A DNA stretch of 13,554 nt, the filler included, from Microthyrium microscopicum (Eukaryota), in the NCBI GenBank assembly GCA_010405405.1. It is 11 parts of 11 records of this genome, joined end to end, with 100 filler letters (N's around TTAATTAATTAA, not from the genome) between each part and the next. Parts side by side here need not be neighbours in the genome. Positions count along the whole stretch, not along the records: positions 1 to 1,282 come from MU004277.1; positions 1,383 to 2,642 come from MU004278.1; positions 2,743 to 3,923 come from MU004279.1; positions 4,024 to 5,203 come from MU004280.1; positions 5,304 to 6,457 come from MU004281.1; positions 6,558 to 7,687 come from MU004282.1; positions 7,788 to 8,902 come from MU004283.1; positions 9,003 to 10,113 come from MU004284.1; 3 more parts are not named here. One strand, given 5' to 3'. The position numbers were made by a program, and so were the translations under genes. Position 1 is the stretch's first letter; the number at the start of each line of letters is the position of its first letter. Below, piece by piece: positions 1-9,004 of this stretch. A model generated the notes under the pieces. It did not search any database and was not told where the DNA came from. It saw nothing but the letters and a program-made list of their open reading frames with translations.

Positions 1-1282
1 TACTTAAGTATAGCAACTAAGATTTCTATTATACTATTAGTTTTAGAGTAAAATACTATACTAAGATAGAGTATTATATCTATACGTTTATATAAGTACT
101 TCTAAAATATAAAGATAAATTAGCTACTATAGTTAAAAAGAATTATTAATAGCTAGCTAATAAGCTTCTATACATAGTTAATAAAAGCTAGTACTATTAA
201 GTCTATAAATAGGTCTAGTAATAGGATAAAACGTTAGGTTTATATATATTAGTTAATAACTATTATAACATATTAATAGATTATACCTTAGTATAAATAG
301 TAAAGTAGTAAGATAGCAAAGTTAATAAAAATATTAGACTATACGTACTTAAAGAGAAAAAATTAACGTAAGAAGCCTTATTTCTTTTAGTAAATAAATT
401 TAGTAAATATACATTTATAGCCTTTAATAAAGCTCTTAACGTCTTATAATATCTTAGGCTACTAGTAATCTTCCTATAGGTAATAGTAAGTTATTACTAC
501 TTTACTATAGCTTATAGCTTTATAGCTATATATACTCTATATAGCGTAACGCTAAAGCTTACTTTAAGAAATAAAAATCTAATTATAGTAGAGGATTATC
601 TTATTAATAGTTATTACGTAATCTTTAAACTTAATCTACTTTTATTTTAGAGTACTAAAGAGTAAGAAGAGCTAGTAGTTAGTCTTAGCGTAGTAAATAG
701 TAATTATTATTTTATTATACTTTATTACATTTATAATATTCTATATAAATTAGTTACTATTAAAATCTAAGAATAAGTTATCTCCTAAGAGATTAAGTAG
801 CTTACTCTTAGGCATCTTATTATTACTAAGAGACTCTTCTATAGAATTAAGTAGCTTACTTATAAGATTAGAAATATCTAACTTATCTTAAGTAATAGTA
901 GCTAAGTATAGTATTAAGAAATAGGTAAGTTTAATAAGTAATATAGCTAGCTTTATTATATATTTTATATTAAATTAGTATAGAAATAGTAAAGGTTAAA
1001 CTTATTAAAAGACGTAAGAATTATTATTACTTTATAGAATATCTTATAACTAATAGGTAAGAGTATCTACCTTTCTATTAGCTATACTTAGATAGTACTT
1101 TATCTTAAAATAAAACTAAAAGAGAAACTTAGCCTATTTAGCTTATTATTAAGAGAGACGTTTTATTATTATAAACGTCTAAAGGTTATAGTAATTAGAG
1201 AATACTTAAATAGAGTTAATAAAGCTAAATAGCTTTAGTTCCTATTCTTTAAATACGTAGATAATAGCTAGAAGCTTTTTAT
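1..1282 (-). mobile_element. pol: RIP-degraded Ty3/Gypsy LTR retrotransposon pol fragment (RNase H, integrase Zn-binding domain, integrase core)
   Basis: The motifs share one minus-strand frame. 1280-1050 reads KKLLAIIYVFKE*...VFSNYYNL*TF...KRLS***AK*AKFLF*FYFKIKYYLSIANRKVDTLTY*. Reversing C>T/G>A gives KELLAI..F.EW...SDH.NL..F...K.LSRRQA.WAEFLSQF.F.I.YRPG..N..ADALTRR (Gypsy RNase H). From 467 downwards Y**PKIL*DVKSFIKGYKC matches YWWP.M..DVK.FV..C.C. 341-318 restores to WSDISIDF, 137-117 to SDRGSQF and 50-24 to HP.TDG.TE. The second D (132-134) and E (24-26) are separated by 35 codons, as in D,D(35)E. RH before INT is the Gypsy domain order. Confidence 0.93.
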
Positions 1283-1382
1283 NNNNNNNNNNNNNNNNNN
1301 NNNNNNNNNNNNNNNNNNNNNNNNNNTTAATTAATTAANNNNNNNNNNNNNNNNNNNNNNNNNNNNNNNNNNNNNNNNNNNN
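1283..1382. other. Artificial contig linker N44-TTAATTAATTAA-N44
   Basis: Exactly 100 bp, central 12-mer gives stops in six frames, same structure 10 times in the window. Confidence 0.98.
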
Positions 1383-2642
1383 TTGCTCTTATATTAAGTC
1401 CTTTTAAGCTATATAGCAATATTACTATTAGCGTTTTAGTAAAATTTATATTATTAAACCCTCCTCTATTCTAGCGCTCTATATACTCTACTAAGATATA
1501 AGAAATTATAAATAATAATATATTATTATCTAGTTATAACTTATTAAATATAATACGTATAATATAATTAAATTTTAGGGAGAATTAAAATGTTTATTAT
1601 ATAGCTTAGATAAATTAAGAGTCTATAATAAATAGGATAGTAGTATTAAGCTATTAAGCTATAGTAATAATAATATTTAATATAGTAGAATCTAATAGTT
1701 ATATTTAATAATTTAAAGTAGTTACTCTATATAAATTATATTAATAGTTTTTAGAGACTAGATCCTATTAAAATAAATAGTTAGGTTTTAGTTCTATTAG
1801 TAGAAAGCTAGAGCTTATTATATGTAGCTATTAAAACCTTAGATAATAGAAAGGCTAGTTAGATAGTACTAAGATGCTTTACTATTAGTAGCTAAATATA
1901 TATAGTAAAGTTAAAGTAACTTACGCCTCTATTTTAATAGTATCCTAAAATAGACTTAATTATTCTAAAGAATAGTTATTAGGATTTATAAGGAGTTTCC
2001 TTAAATATTTTATAGATCTAGACTATTACTAGTATAAACTATAAAGCTATTAGTATACAAATTAAGGCTAGGTTCTAGCTTAGCTAATAGGCTTATAACT
2101 AAAGAAATAATACCTTATATTTCTACTTTAATAACGCTACGCGTATCTACTAATAAAATATATTAGATACTATTAACTAATAATTAGTTAAATTAGTCTT
2201 ATTCTAGTATAATTTATAATTACTATTAATATAACTATATATCTAGCCTCTAAGGTTTATTAAGTCTATTATAATCTTTAACTCTCTATTATATAGTTAT
2301 ATTATATAATAAAGTAATAACTATTAAGCGTTAAGAAATATTTCCTTCTACTTATTATAAATTAGGCATTATATAGGAGGTACTAAGTAGCATAGCTATC
2401 TATTATAAGCTTTAGAGTAATAAAGAGTACTTTATTATAATAAGAATAGTATTATCTTAATATTAATATAAAAATATAAATAGTTTAGAGTAAAAAGTAG
2501 ATAGTAGCTAAACTAGGTTAGAGTTAAAGCTAATTATAATATATATAGATGCTAATTATAGTTAGAAACCTTTAATTAGATCTATATAGTTAGTATAGGC
2601 TATATAATTAGTTAATTAGCTCTATATAGTTAGTATAAGCTA
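1383..2642. repeat. RIP-mutated repeat-derived contig, unclassified
   Basis: Very AT-rich, CpA/TpG nearly absent, TpA abundant. No domain recognised by eye. A ~22-bp segment repeats at 40-bp period at the end (2581-2602, 2621-2642). Confidence 0.7.
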
Positions 2643-2742
2643 NNNNNNNNNNNNNNNNNNNNNNNNNNNNNNNNNNNNNNNNNNNNTTAATTAATTAANN
2701 NNNNNNNNNNNNNNNNNNNNNNNNNNNNNNNNNNNNNNNNNN
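2643..2742. other. Artificial contig linker
   Basis: N44-TTAATTAATTAA-N44. Confidence 0.98.
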
Positions 2743-2822
2743 TGTGCCATTTTGGAACATCGCAGGCTGTGCCATTTTGGAACATCGCAGGATGTGCCAT
2801 TTTGGAACATCGCAGGCTGTGC
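2743..2822 (+). repeat. 25-bp tandem repeat TGTGCCATTTTGGAACATCGCAGGC x3.2, running off the contig start
   Basis: Copies at 2743, 2768 (one mismatch) and 2793, partial at 2818. Exact dispersed copies at 3236 and 3424, diverged copies at 2891 and 3001. Confidence 0.95.
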
Positions 2823-3923
2823 TCTCCGTGAAGGGGTCTGACATGAGGCAAGGCTCCAAGAGGAATACGATATGTCGTTGATGTCACACCTTTGCCATTT
2901 TGAAACCTCATAGGCCGAGTCGTCCGTGAAAGAGTCCAAGATGGAGTCCGGGATCAGGCATGACTCCAAGAGGAATACGGTATGTCGTTGATGTCACACC
3001 TTTGCCATTTTGAAACCTCACAGGCTGAGCCGTCCGTGAAAGAGTCCGAGATGGAGTCCGGGATGAGGCATGGCTCCAAGAGAGGTATGTGGTTGATGCC
3101 ACACCGTTGCCTGTCGTTTGATCAAATTTGAGTCGAAGAACTGGTTGATAAGACTGCTTCCAAGCCGTTCTGATTCCGGAGATTGTTCGAGGATCATTAG
3201 GTAGCCATCGGTGTTATGGATGAGAACAACGAGGGTGTGCCATTTTGGAACATCGCAGGCTGAGCTGTCTGTGAAGGAGTCTGAGATGGCGATATTTGGG
3301 CTCCAGGAGGGATATGTGGTTGATGTCGCAGTTGATCAAGCTTGACTCGAAGAACTGATTGGTAAGATTGCGAGAATTTTCGAGGATGATAGCCATCGGC
3401 GTAGTGGATGAGAACAACGAGGGTGTGCCATTTTGGAACATCGCAGGCTAAGCTGTCTGTGAAGGAGTCTGAGACGAGGACGTTTTGGCTCTAGGAGGGT
3501 CTTGTGGTTGATGCCGCAGCTAATCAAGCTTGAGTCGAAGAACTCATTGCTTCTGAGCCATTCTATTTCCTAAGAATGTTCGAGGATCATAGCCATTGGC
3601 GTAGTCGAGTCGGTGTTTCCGCTCATTGAACTAGTCCCACTGGCTTGAGTCGAAGACCTGATTGATAAGGCTCCGGAGAATGTTCGAGGATCATAGCCAT
3701 GGGCGTAGTCGAGTCGGTGTTTCACTCATTGAACTGGTCCGGCAGGCTGAGTCGGAGAACTGATTGATCATACTCTGGTTCCTGAGAATGTTCGAGGGTC
3801 CATAGCCATCGGCGTAGTCGAGTCGGTGCTTCCGCTCATTGAACTGGTCCCGCCGGCTTGAGTCGAAGAACTGATTGATAAGGCTCCTGAGAATTTTCGA
3901 GGGTCCATAGCCATCGGCGTAGT
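2743..3923. repeat. Composite nested tandem repeat (25-, 110-, 188- and ~104-109-bp periods), about 50% GC, not RIP-mutated
   Basis: CTCCAAGAG at 2854/2964/3074 (period 110). GATGAGAACAACGAGGG at 3219/3407 (period 188). CATAGCCAT at 3588/3692/3801/3906 (spacings 104, 109, 105). CpA and TpG are plentiful. Confidence 0.92.
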
Positions 3924-4023
3924 NNNNNNNNNNNNNNNNNNNNNNNNNNNNNNNNNNNNNNNNNNNNTTAATTAATTAANNNNNNNNNNNNNNNNNNNNN
4001 NNNNNNNNNNNNNNNNNNNNNNN
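3924..4023. other. Artificial contig linker
   Basis: N44-TTAATTAATTAA-N44. Confidence 0.98.
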
Positions 4024-5203
4024 CTTTTAATATAATTATATAAGCTTTAAGACGTTAATATAGAGTATTTTAGACTTCTCTATTTATATTATATAAGGTA
4101 AAGTTACGTTTTAGTAGGTTTATATTCCTTAGCTTACGTACTAAATTATTATATATATTATTTAGCTTATTAATTAGTAAAACTACTAACGCTAGAGGCG
4201 TAAGTATTCTTTATAAATACTAATTATTTTATAAAATATATTTATACTTAAATATCTAAGGAGCTAGCTTATTATTATAGAATACTATATCTATAAGAAT
4301 ATAAAAAAAGTAAAAAAATAGTATAAAATTAGTACTAAGATAATTAACACTACTATATAATAATTTTATAGAGCTAAATTATATATAAGTTTATCTTTTC
4401 TTATTAAATTAAGTATAACTAATATAATTAGGTAATAAAATTATAATAGAAAAGGTTTAGTAAAGTAAGATTTTTTAGTATTAAGTAAGAGAGAAATTAT
4501 AACTTTAATCTAGCTATTATATCTAAGTAGCGCTAAGCTAGTTTATATAGTAAGTAGTATACGTATCTAAGTCTTATTAAGTTTCTTTATAGCTATATTA
4601 AGAGCTAGGTTAGTAGAAAAATAATTTTTTTTTAGCTATTTTATAAAAAAAGGAAAAAATATTATTTATAATTATCTAAAAAAATTTATATAACTTAAAA
4701 TTATATAGAATTTATAGTAATTATTTAAGCTTATACTATATAGTAGTTTTATACTTACGTAGTCTTACTATAATAATTTAGTAGTAAGTATTACTTTAGG
4801 AATAACGTTCTACTATTATAAAGTAAGCCTTCTTAGTTAAAAAGCTCTCTTTACTCTTAATTCTATACTTTCTAATATAGTATACTTCTATATATATAAA
4901 ATTAATTATAAAGCCTACTATACTATTTCTTCTTAAAGATTACTTAAGAGAATATATATAGTAAGATACCTTATAGTAAAATACTTAGTATTTTATTTAT
5001 AGCGTATACTTTATAAATAACTTATTAAAATATATTAAGATATCTATCCTTTATAAAGAGATACCTTATATAAGGGATTAAGATATTATTTTACTTATTA
5101 TATAAGGGATTAAGATATTATTTTACTTATTATATATATTTATTTTAGTAAAACAAAAAGAATAACTTATAGTTACTTTTTAAAGTACTATTTAATAATT
5201 ACT
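4024..5203. repeat. RIP-mutated repeat-derived contig, unclassified
   Basis: CpA/TpG almost absent, very AT-rich, no recognisable domain. Confidence 0.7.
5066..5136 (+). repeat. Perfect 32-bp tandem duplication (x2.2)
   Basis: TTATATAAGGGATTAAGATATTATTTTACTTA at 5066 and 5098, partial third copy from 5130. Confidence 0.9.
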
Positions 5204-5303
5204 NNNNNNNNNNNNNNNNNNNNNNNNNNNNNNNNNNNNNNNNNNNNTTAATTAATTAANNNNNNNNNNNNNNNNNNNNNNNNNNNNNNNNNNNNNNNNN
5301 NNN
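5204..5303. other. Artificial contig linker
   Basis: N44-TTAATTAATTAA-N44. Confidence 0.98.
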
Positions 5304-5304
5304 T

Positions 5305-5430
5305 CGTAACCTTCGTACATCCTATTCTGTGGTGGAGGCTGGGTGTACATTGGATATGTCGATGGCAGTACAAGCGCAGAATGGCGGGATTGATCAAACT
5401 CATTGGCGTGAGGAAGCGCAGCCAAACTAG
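5305..5430 (+). CDS. Possible 3' end of an unidentified gene (partial)
   Basis: This segment is more GC-rich than the rest of the contig and is open from the contig edge (RNLRTSYSVVEAGC...HWREEAQPN*), followed by AT/T-rich sequence. An alternative frame, 5306-5554, is also open. No homology recognised. Confidence 0.25.
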   Translation, partial: RNLRTSYSVVEAGCTLDMSMAVQAQNGGIDQTHWREEAQPN

Positions 5431-5916
5431 ACTCTCTAGTCGAAAGAGAAGAATCTGGTCATTGGATACTGATAGTATGTCATTTGACTCATCACAATTA
5501 ATGACTATGCATCTTTTTTTTCATCTAACGTCATTTGTTAATATGTTACATTAATTCCCCCATAATACACCGAAAATTGGCCACACGCAATTTCAATTAC
5601 CTTTGATCTCATGCCGTTTAACTGCATGCTATATTGATTGGCCTTCTTTGGTGCGCCAATTGGCCAGATGTAACGTTAATCAACATTTTATAAAATGTCA
5701 TTAGCCTTCATGCTCCGTAAATACACCTTGATATCACGTCATTTAGCCTCATGTTACATCAATTTGGGCTTATGGTATCCCTCCAATTTGACACATACCT
5801 CGTCATTTGGACTTACAACAATTTGGGTGCACACTACATTGATTGCTTTTTTGATCGGCTAATTGCTTTGGAAATATCCTTTTATATCTCGTCATTTCCT
5901 TCGTAAATATACTTTA

Positions 5917-6061
5917 ATATCACGTCATTTGGCCTCATGCTACATCAATTGGCTCATGATATCACCATTTTGCCACATATCACGTCATTTGGCCTCATGC
6001 TACATCAATTGGTTCATGATATCACCATTTTGCCACATATCTCGTCATTTGGCCTCATGCT
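5917..6061 (+). repeat. 60-bp tandem repeat (x2.4) containing ATATCACGTCATTTGGCC
   Basis: Units at 5917 and 5977 (one mismatch) and 6037 (partial). Diverged copies of the core at 5731, ~5795, 5884 and 6078, and an inverted core ATGACGTGAT at 6115. Confidence 0.92.
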
Positions 6062-6387
6062 TTGTCAATATTATTTGATATCACGCCACTTACCTACATT
6101 ACGTCTATATCAATATGACGTGATTGATAACAATATATTAACCTTACATACTTTTTTCCTTGGTACATAAACGTTCATCTTTTCCTACTTTCAACCTAAT
6201 AATTTATATTTCATTATCCAAACATACCATACACATCTTCATATTTAGTCCACCCAGCGAAATTATCCGCATATTCATACCCGGTATACCCTGCCAAATC
6301 ATCCATATTTATCTTCGAAATTATACACATCTTCATATCTTGTTTCAAACCAAATTACTCAGAAAATCGAGGATACTTTCAATCATA

Positions 6388-6457
6388 ATGAATACACCTT
6401 CTTACTCCTCTGCCCCTGTCATGAAATTTCTGATTGAAAGAATTTTGGATGGTCGAA
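6388..6457 (+). CDS. Possible 5' start of a chromodomain-containing protein, truncated by the contig end
   Basis: ATG in ATCATAATG context after a pyrimidine/CA-rich leader, translating MNTPSYSSAPVMKFLIERILDGR. F.IERILD.R resembles the chromodomain N-terminal consensus (Y/F).VE(K/R)I(L)D.R. Only 23 codons are visible. Confidence 0.4.
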
Positions 6458-6557
6458 NNNNNNNNNNNNNNNNNNNNNNNNNNNNNNNNNNNNNNNNNNN
6501 NTTAATTAATTAANNNNNNNNNNNNNNNNNNNNNNNNNNNNNNNNNNNNNNNNNNNN
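6458..6557. other. Artificial contig linker
   Basis: N44-TTAATTAATTAA-N44. Confidence 0.98.
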
Positions 6558-7687
6558 TTCTTATATAGTATTAGTTAAATTTATATATACTAAGTATAAA
6601 AAACTTATATTAAGAGTTTTTATAAGAATAAGAATCTAAAAATAGTAATAGTCCTTAATAAGGCTAGTTTTCTTATTAGCTAAATTTCTAATAACGTAAC
6701 TAATAAGAAAAACGTTATAAATAGCTTCTTACTATTTATAAGTAAAGTTAACCTAAGAGAAAAATAAAATTTATAAATTACGCTCTTAGTAACTACGCTT
6801 ATAGAGAAGTTAATAAAATTTTAGATTAAAGATAATTTAAGAAGCCTCTTTAGAAATAATATAGCTAGTAGTAATATTATAATTATAAGTAACGCTTTTA
6901 TTAACGTTAACGTATATATTATACTACTTAGACTTCTTATACTTTATTTTTATTAATTTTTAATAATAAGCTAATAAAGTAATAATAGTAAAATATAGTC
7001 TAGTTTAATAAATAGCATACTTAAGTTTCTAGCTAAGTAATTCTATAGATTTACTAGTATTAATACTAAGAAAAATTAATAAAGAAAATCTAATAGTAAA
7101 AAAGTATATACTACTCTTATCTAAAAAGTCTTATATAAGTAGAAAAAATAGTAATATATTAGTCTTTAGAAGCTTCTTAATATTCTATAGTCTTATACTC
7201 TTTATTATTTTTATAATTAATATAAGTATTATTATTCTTCTTAAGGTAATTATATTCTATAGTATAGCTATTAAGATTAGTATAATAAGTATAATTCTTA
7301 ATTACGTAAAGATTTTAAGATAATTAATTTATAAGCTTCTTAGTACTTATACTAAGAGAATAAAGTTTTAAGAAGTTAAATAAGTATTAATTAAGCTAAG
7401 AAACTAAAACTAAGACTAATAGAAAAAATATAGGAATTATTATTACTAATTAAAAGAGAGTATATAAAAGAAATTAAAGTATATAAGTAATATAAAGTAG
7501 TATATACGTATAGTCTTTTAAGTAATACTCTTTAGAATATATTAATTCTAGTACTAGATTATAATACTCTTATTATTTTAAATTAACTCTACTATTACTT
7601 ATTCTTCTTTATTACTTTACTCTTTTTAATTAATTAAGCTTTTAAAGTTTTAAATTATACTAGTTTAATACTTTAAATATTTTCTCT
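6558..7687. repeat. RIP-mutated repeat-derived contig, unclassified
   Basis: CpA/TpG essentially absent, no recognisable domain. Confidence 0.7.
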
Positions 7688-7787
7688 NNNNNNNNNNNNN
7701 NNNNNNNNNNNNNNNNNNNNNNNNNNNNNNNTTAATTAATTAANNNNNNNNNNNNNNNNNNNNNNNNNNNNNNNNNNNNNNNNNNNN
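7688..7787. other. Artificial contig linker
   Basis: N44-TTAATTAATTAA-N44. Confidence 0.98.
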
Positions 7788-8902
7788 ATAGTTTTCTTAA
7801 TCTTTTTAAATAGCTTTACTTTATTCTACTTATCTTTTTCTAATATATTTTTAACTACTTTTATAATATTAATTTAGACTATTAGGCTTATAAAGGAAGC
7901 CTTTTAATTAGAAATTAGTAAATTAGGTCCTTTTATAATCTTTACTTAGAAGTTAAGAGTTATTTTAATCTTAGTAATTTACTTTATAATTATATTAAGT
8001 TTTTAGTTAAGATACGCCTTAAGGTATATTAATAGAGAAGCTCTATTTATAGTTAAAGCTAGGTAAAATACTAGTTATTTAATATAGTTTTATACTATAA
8101 TAAAGAACGTATAGTATTATATAAAATTAGCTATTAGCTAATTAAGGAATAGTTATATTAAATCCCCCTTTTTAGATATAAGTTCTTCTAGTAATACTTT
8201 AATTCCTTTCTATACTCTTATAAGTAGTAGTTTTAAGTTATCTTTTTATTTCTATATTACCTTATTTTTAATATAGGTAGCCTTTATAGTAATAATAGCT
8301 ATTTACTATAAATCTTTATCTATTTCTATAGTACTAACTATTACTTATATCTAGTTAAAAGTTATACTAGTATAATAGTCTTAATAAGATAAATCTAATA
8401 GTAATAGTTTTATAGAATAATTCTAAGAAATTAATCTTTTAGTATAATAATGCTTAATAATATAATATAGTAGCTTAGTATACTAGGATAATTATTAGAT
8501 TAAAAGAATAAGGTAGAAGATAGTATAGTAGATTAAGTTAATAGATTAGATTATTAGCTTATAGATTTATATTATTTTAATCGTAAGAGTATAGTAATAA
8601 TAGCTAGTCCTAAAATTAATATCCTTTAGAATTCTTAATATTACCTAACTATTTCTAGACATTCTATATCCTACTAAATATACCCTTCTAATACTTAACT
8701 AGTTATAAAGTCTAATAAAATACTAAACTACTTATTTTAGGCTAGTATATCTTATAGTTCTATAATATATATATTAGCTATATAGATATTATATATTTTC
8801 TAACTTTACTTATTTATAACTAACTATTTACTAATATTAATATTTATATTATAGCATATATAATAAATAATAAGACGATAAGAATAATATAATTAATATA
8901 CT
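7788..8902. repeat. RIP-mutated repeat-derived contig, unclassified (possibly ex-coding on the minus strand, ~8340-7790)
   Basis: RIP dinucleotide signature. One minus frame looks protein-like after mental de-RIP, but I recognise no family. Confidence 0.65.
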
Positions 8903-9002
8903 NNNNNNNNNNNNNNNNNNNNNNNNNNNNNNNNNNNNNNNNNNNNTTAATTAATTAANNNNNNNNNNNNNNNNNNNNNNNNNNNNNNNNNNNNNNNNNN
9001 NN
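8903..9002. other. Artificial contig linker
   Basis: N44-TTAATTAATTAA-N44. Confidence 0.98.
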
Positions 9003-9004
9003 AA

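Noticed and set aside
261..420. Plus-strand integrase-like words (ILIDY...LVNKFSKY)
   Set aside because: No downstream SD.G.QF or HP.TDG motifs follow. The minus strand carries the full ordered motif set.
2743..2822. 25-bp unit as a long yeast-type telomeric repeat
   Set aside because: It shows no G-rich strand bias, the same unit is embedded in larger internal modules, and RIP points to a filamentous ascomycete, where TTAGGG-type repeats are usual.
2743..3448. CRISPR-like array of a 25-bp repeat
   Set aside because: The first copies are directly adjacent with no spacers. Later intervals are 85-210 bp and homologous to each other. There are no cas genes and the context is eukaryotic.
2687..3527. 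Five short minus-strand ORFs from the ORF track
   Set aside because: They are translations of the satellite. The periods 25, 110 and 188 are not multiples of 3, the same peptides recur in different frames, and two ORFs run through Ns into the linker.
5863..6170. ORFs of 71 and 77 aa with 20-aa repeats
   Set aside because: They are overlapping frames kept open by the 60-bp repeat. The diverged upstream copies do not keep frame and no protein family is evident.
6160..6513. 117-aa ORF as called
   Set aside because: It uses a non-ATG start, its first part looks like a pyrimidine-rich leader, and its end is the linker. Only 6388-6457 is retained as a candidate.
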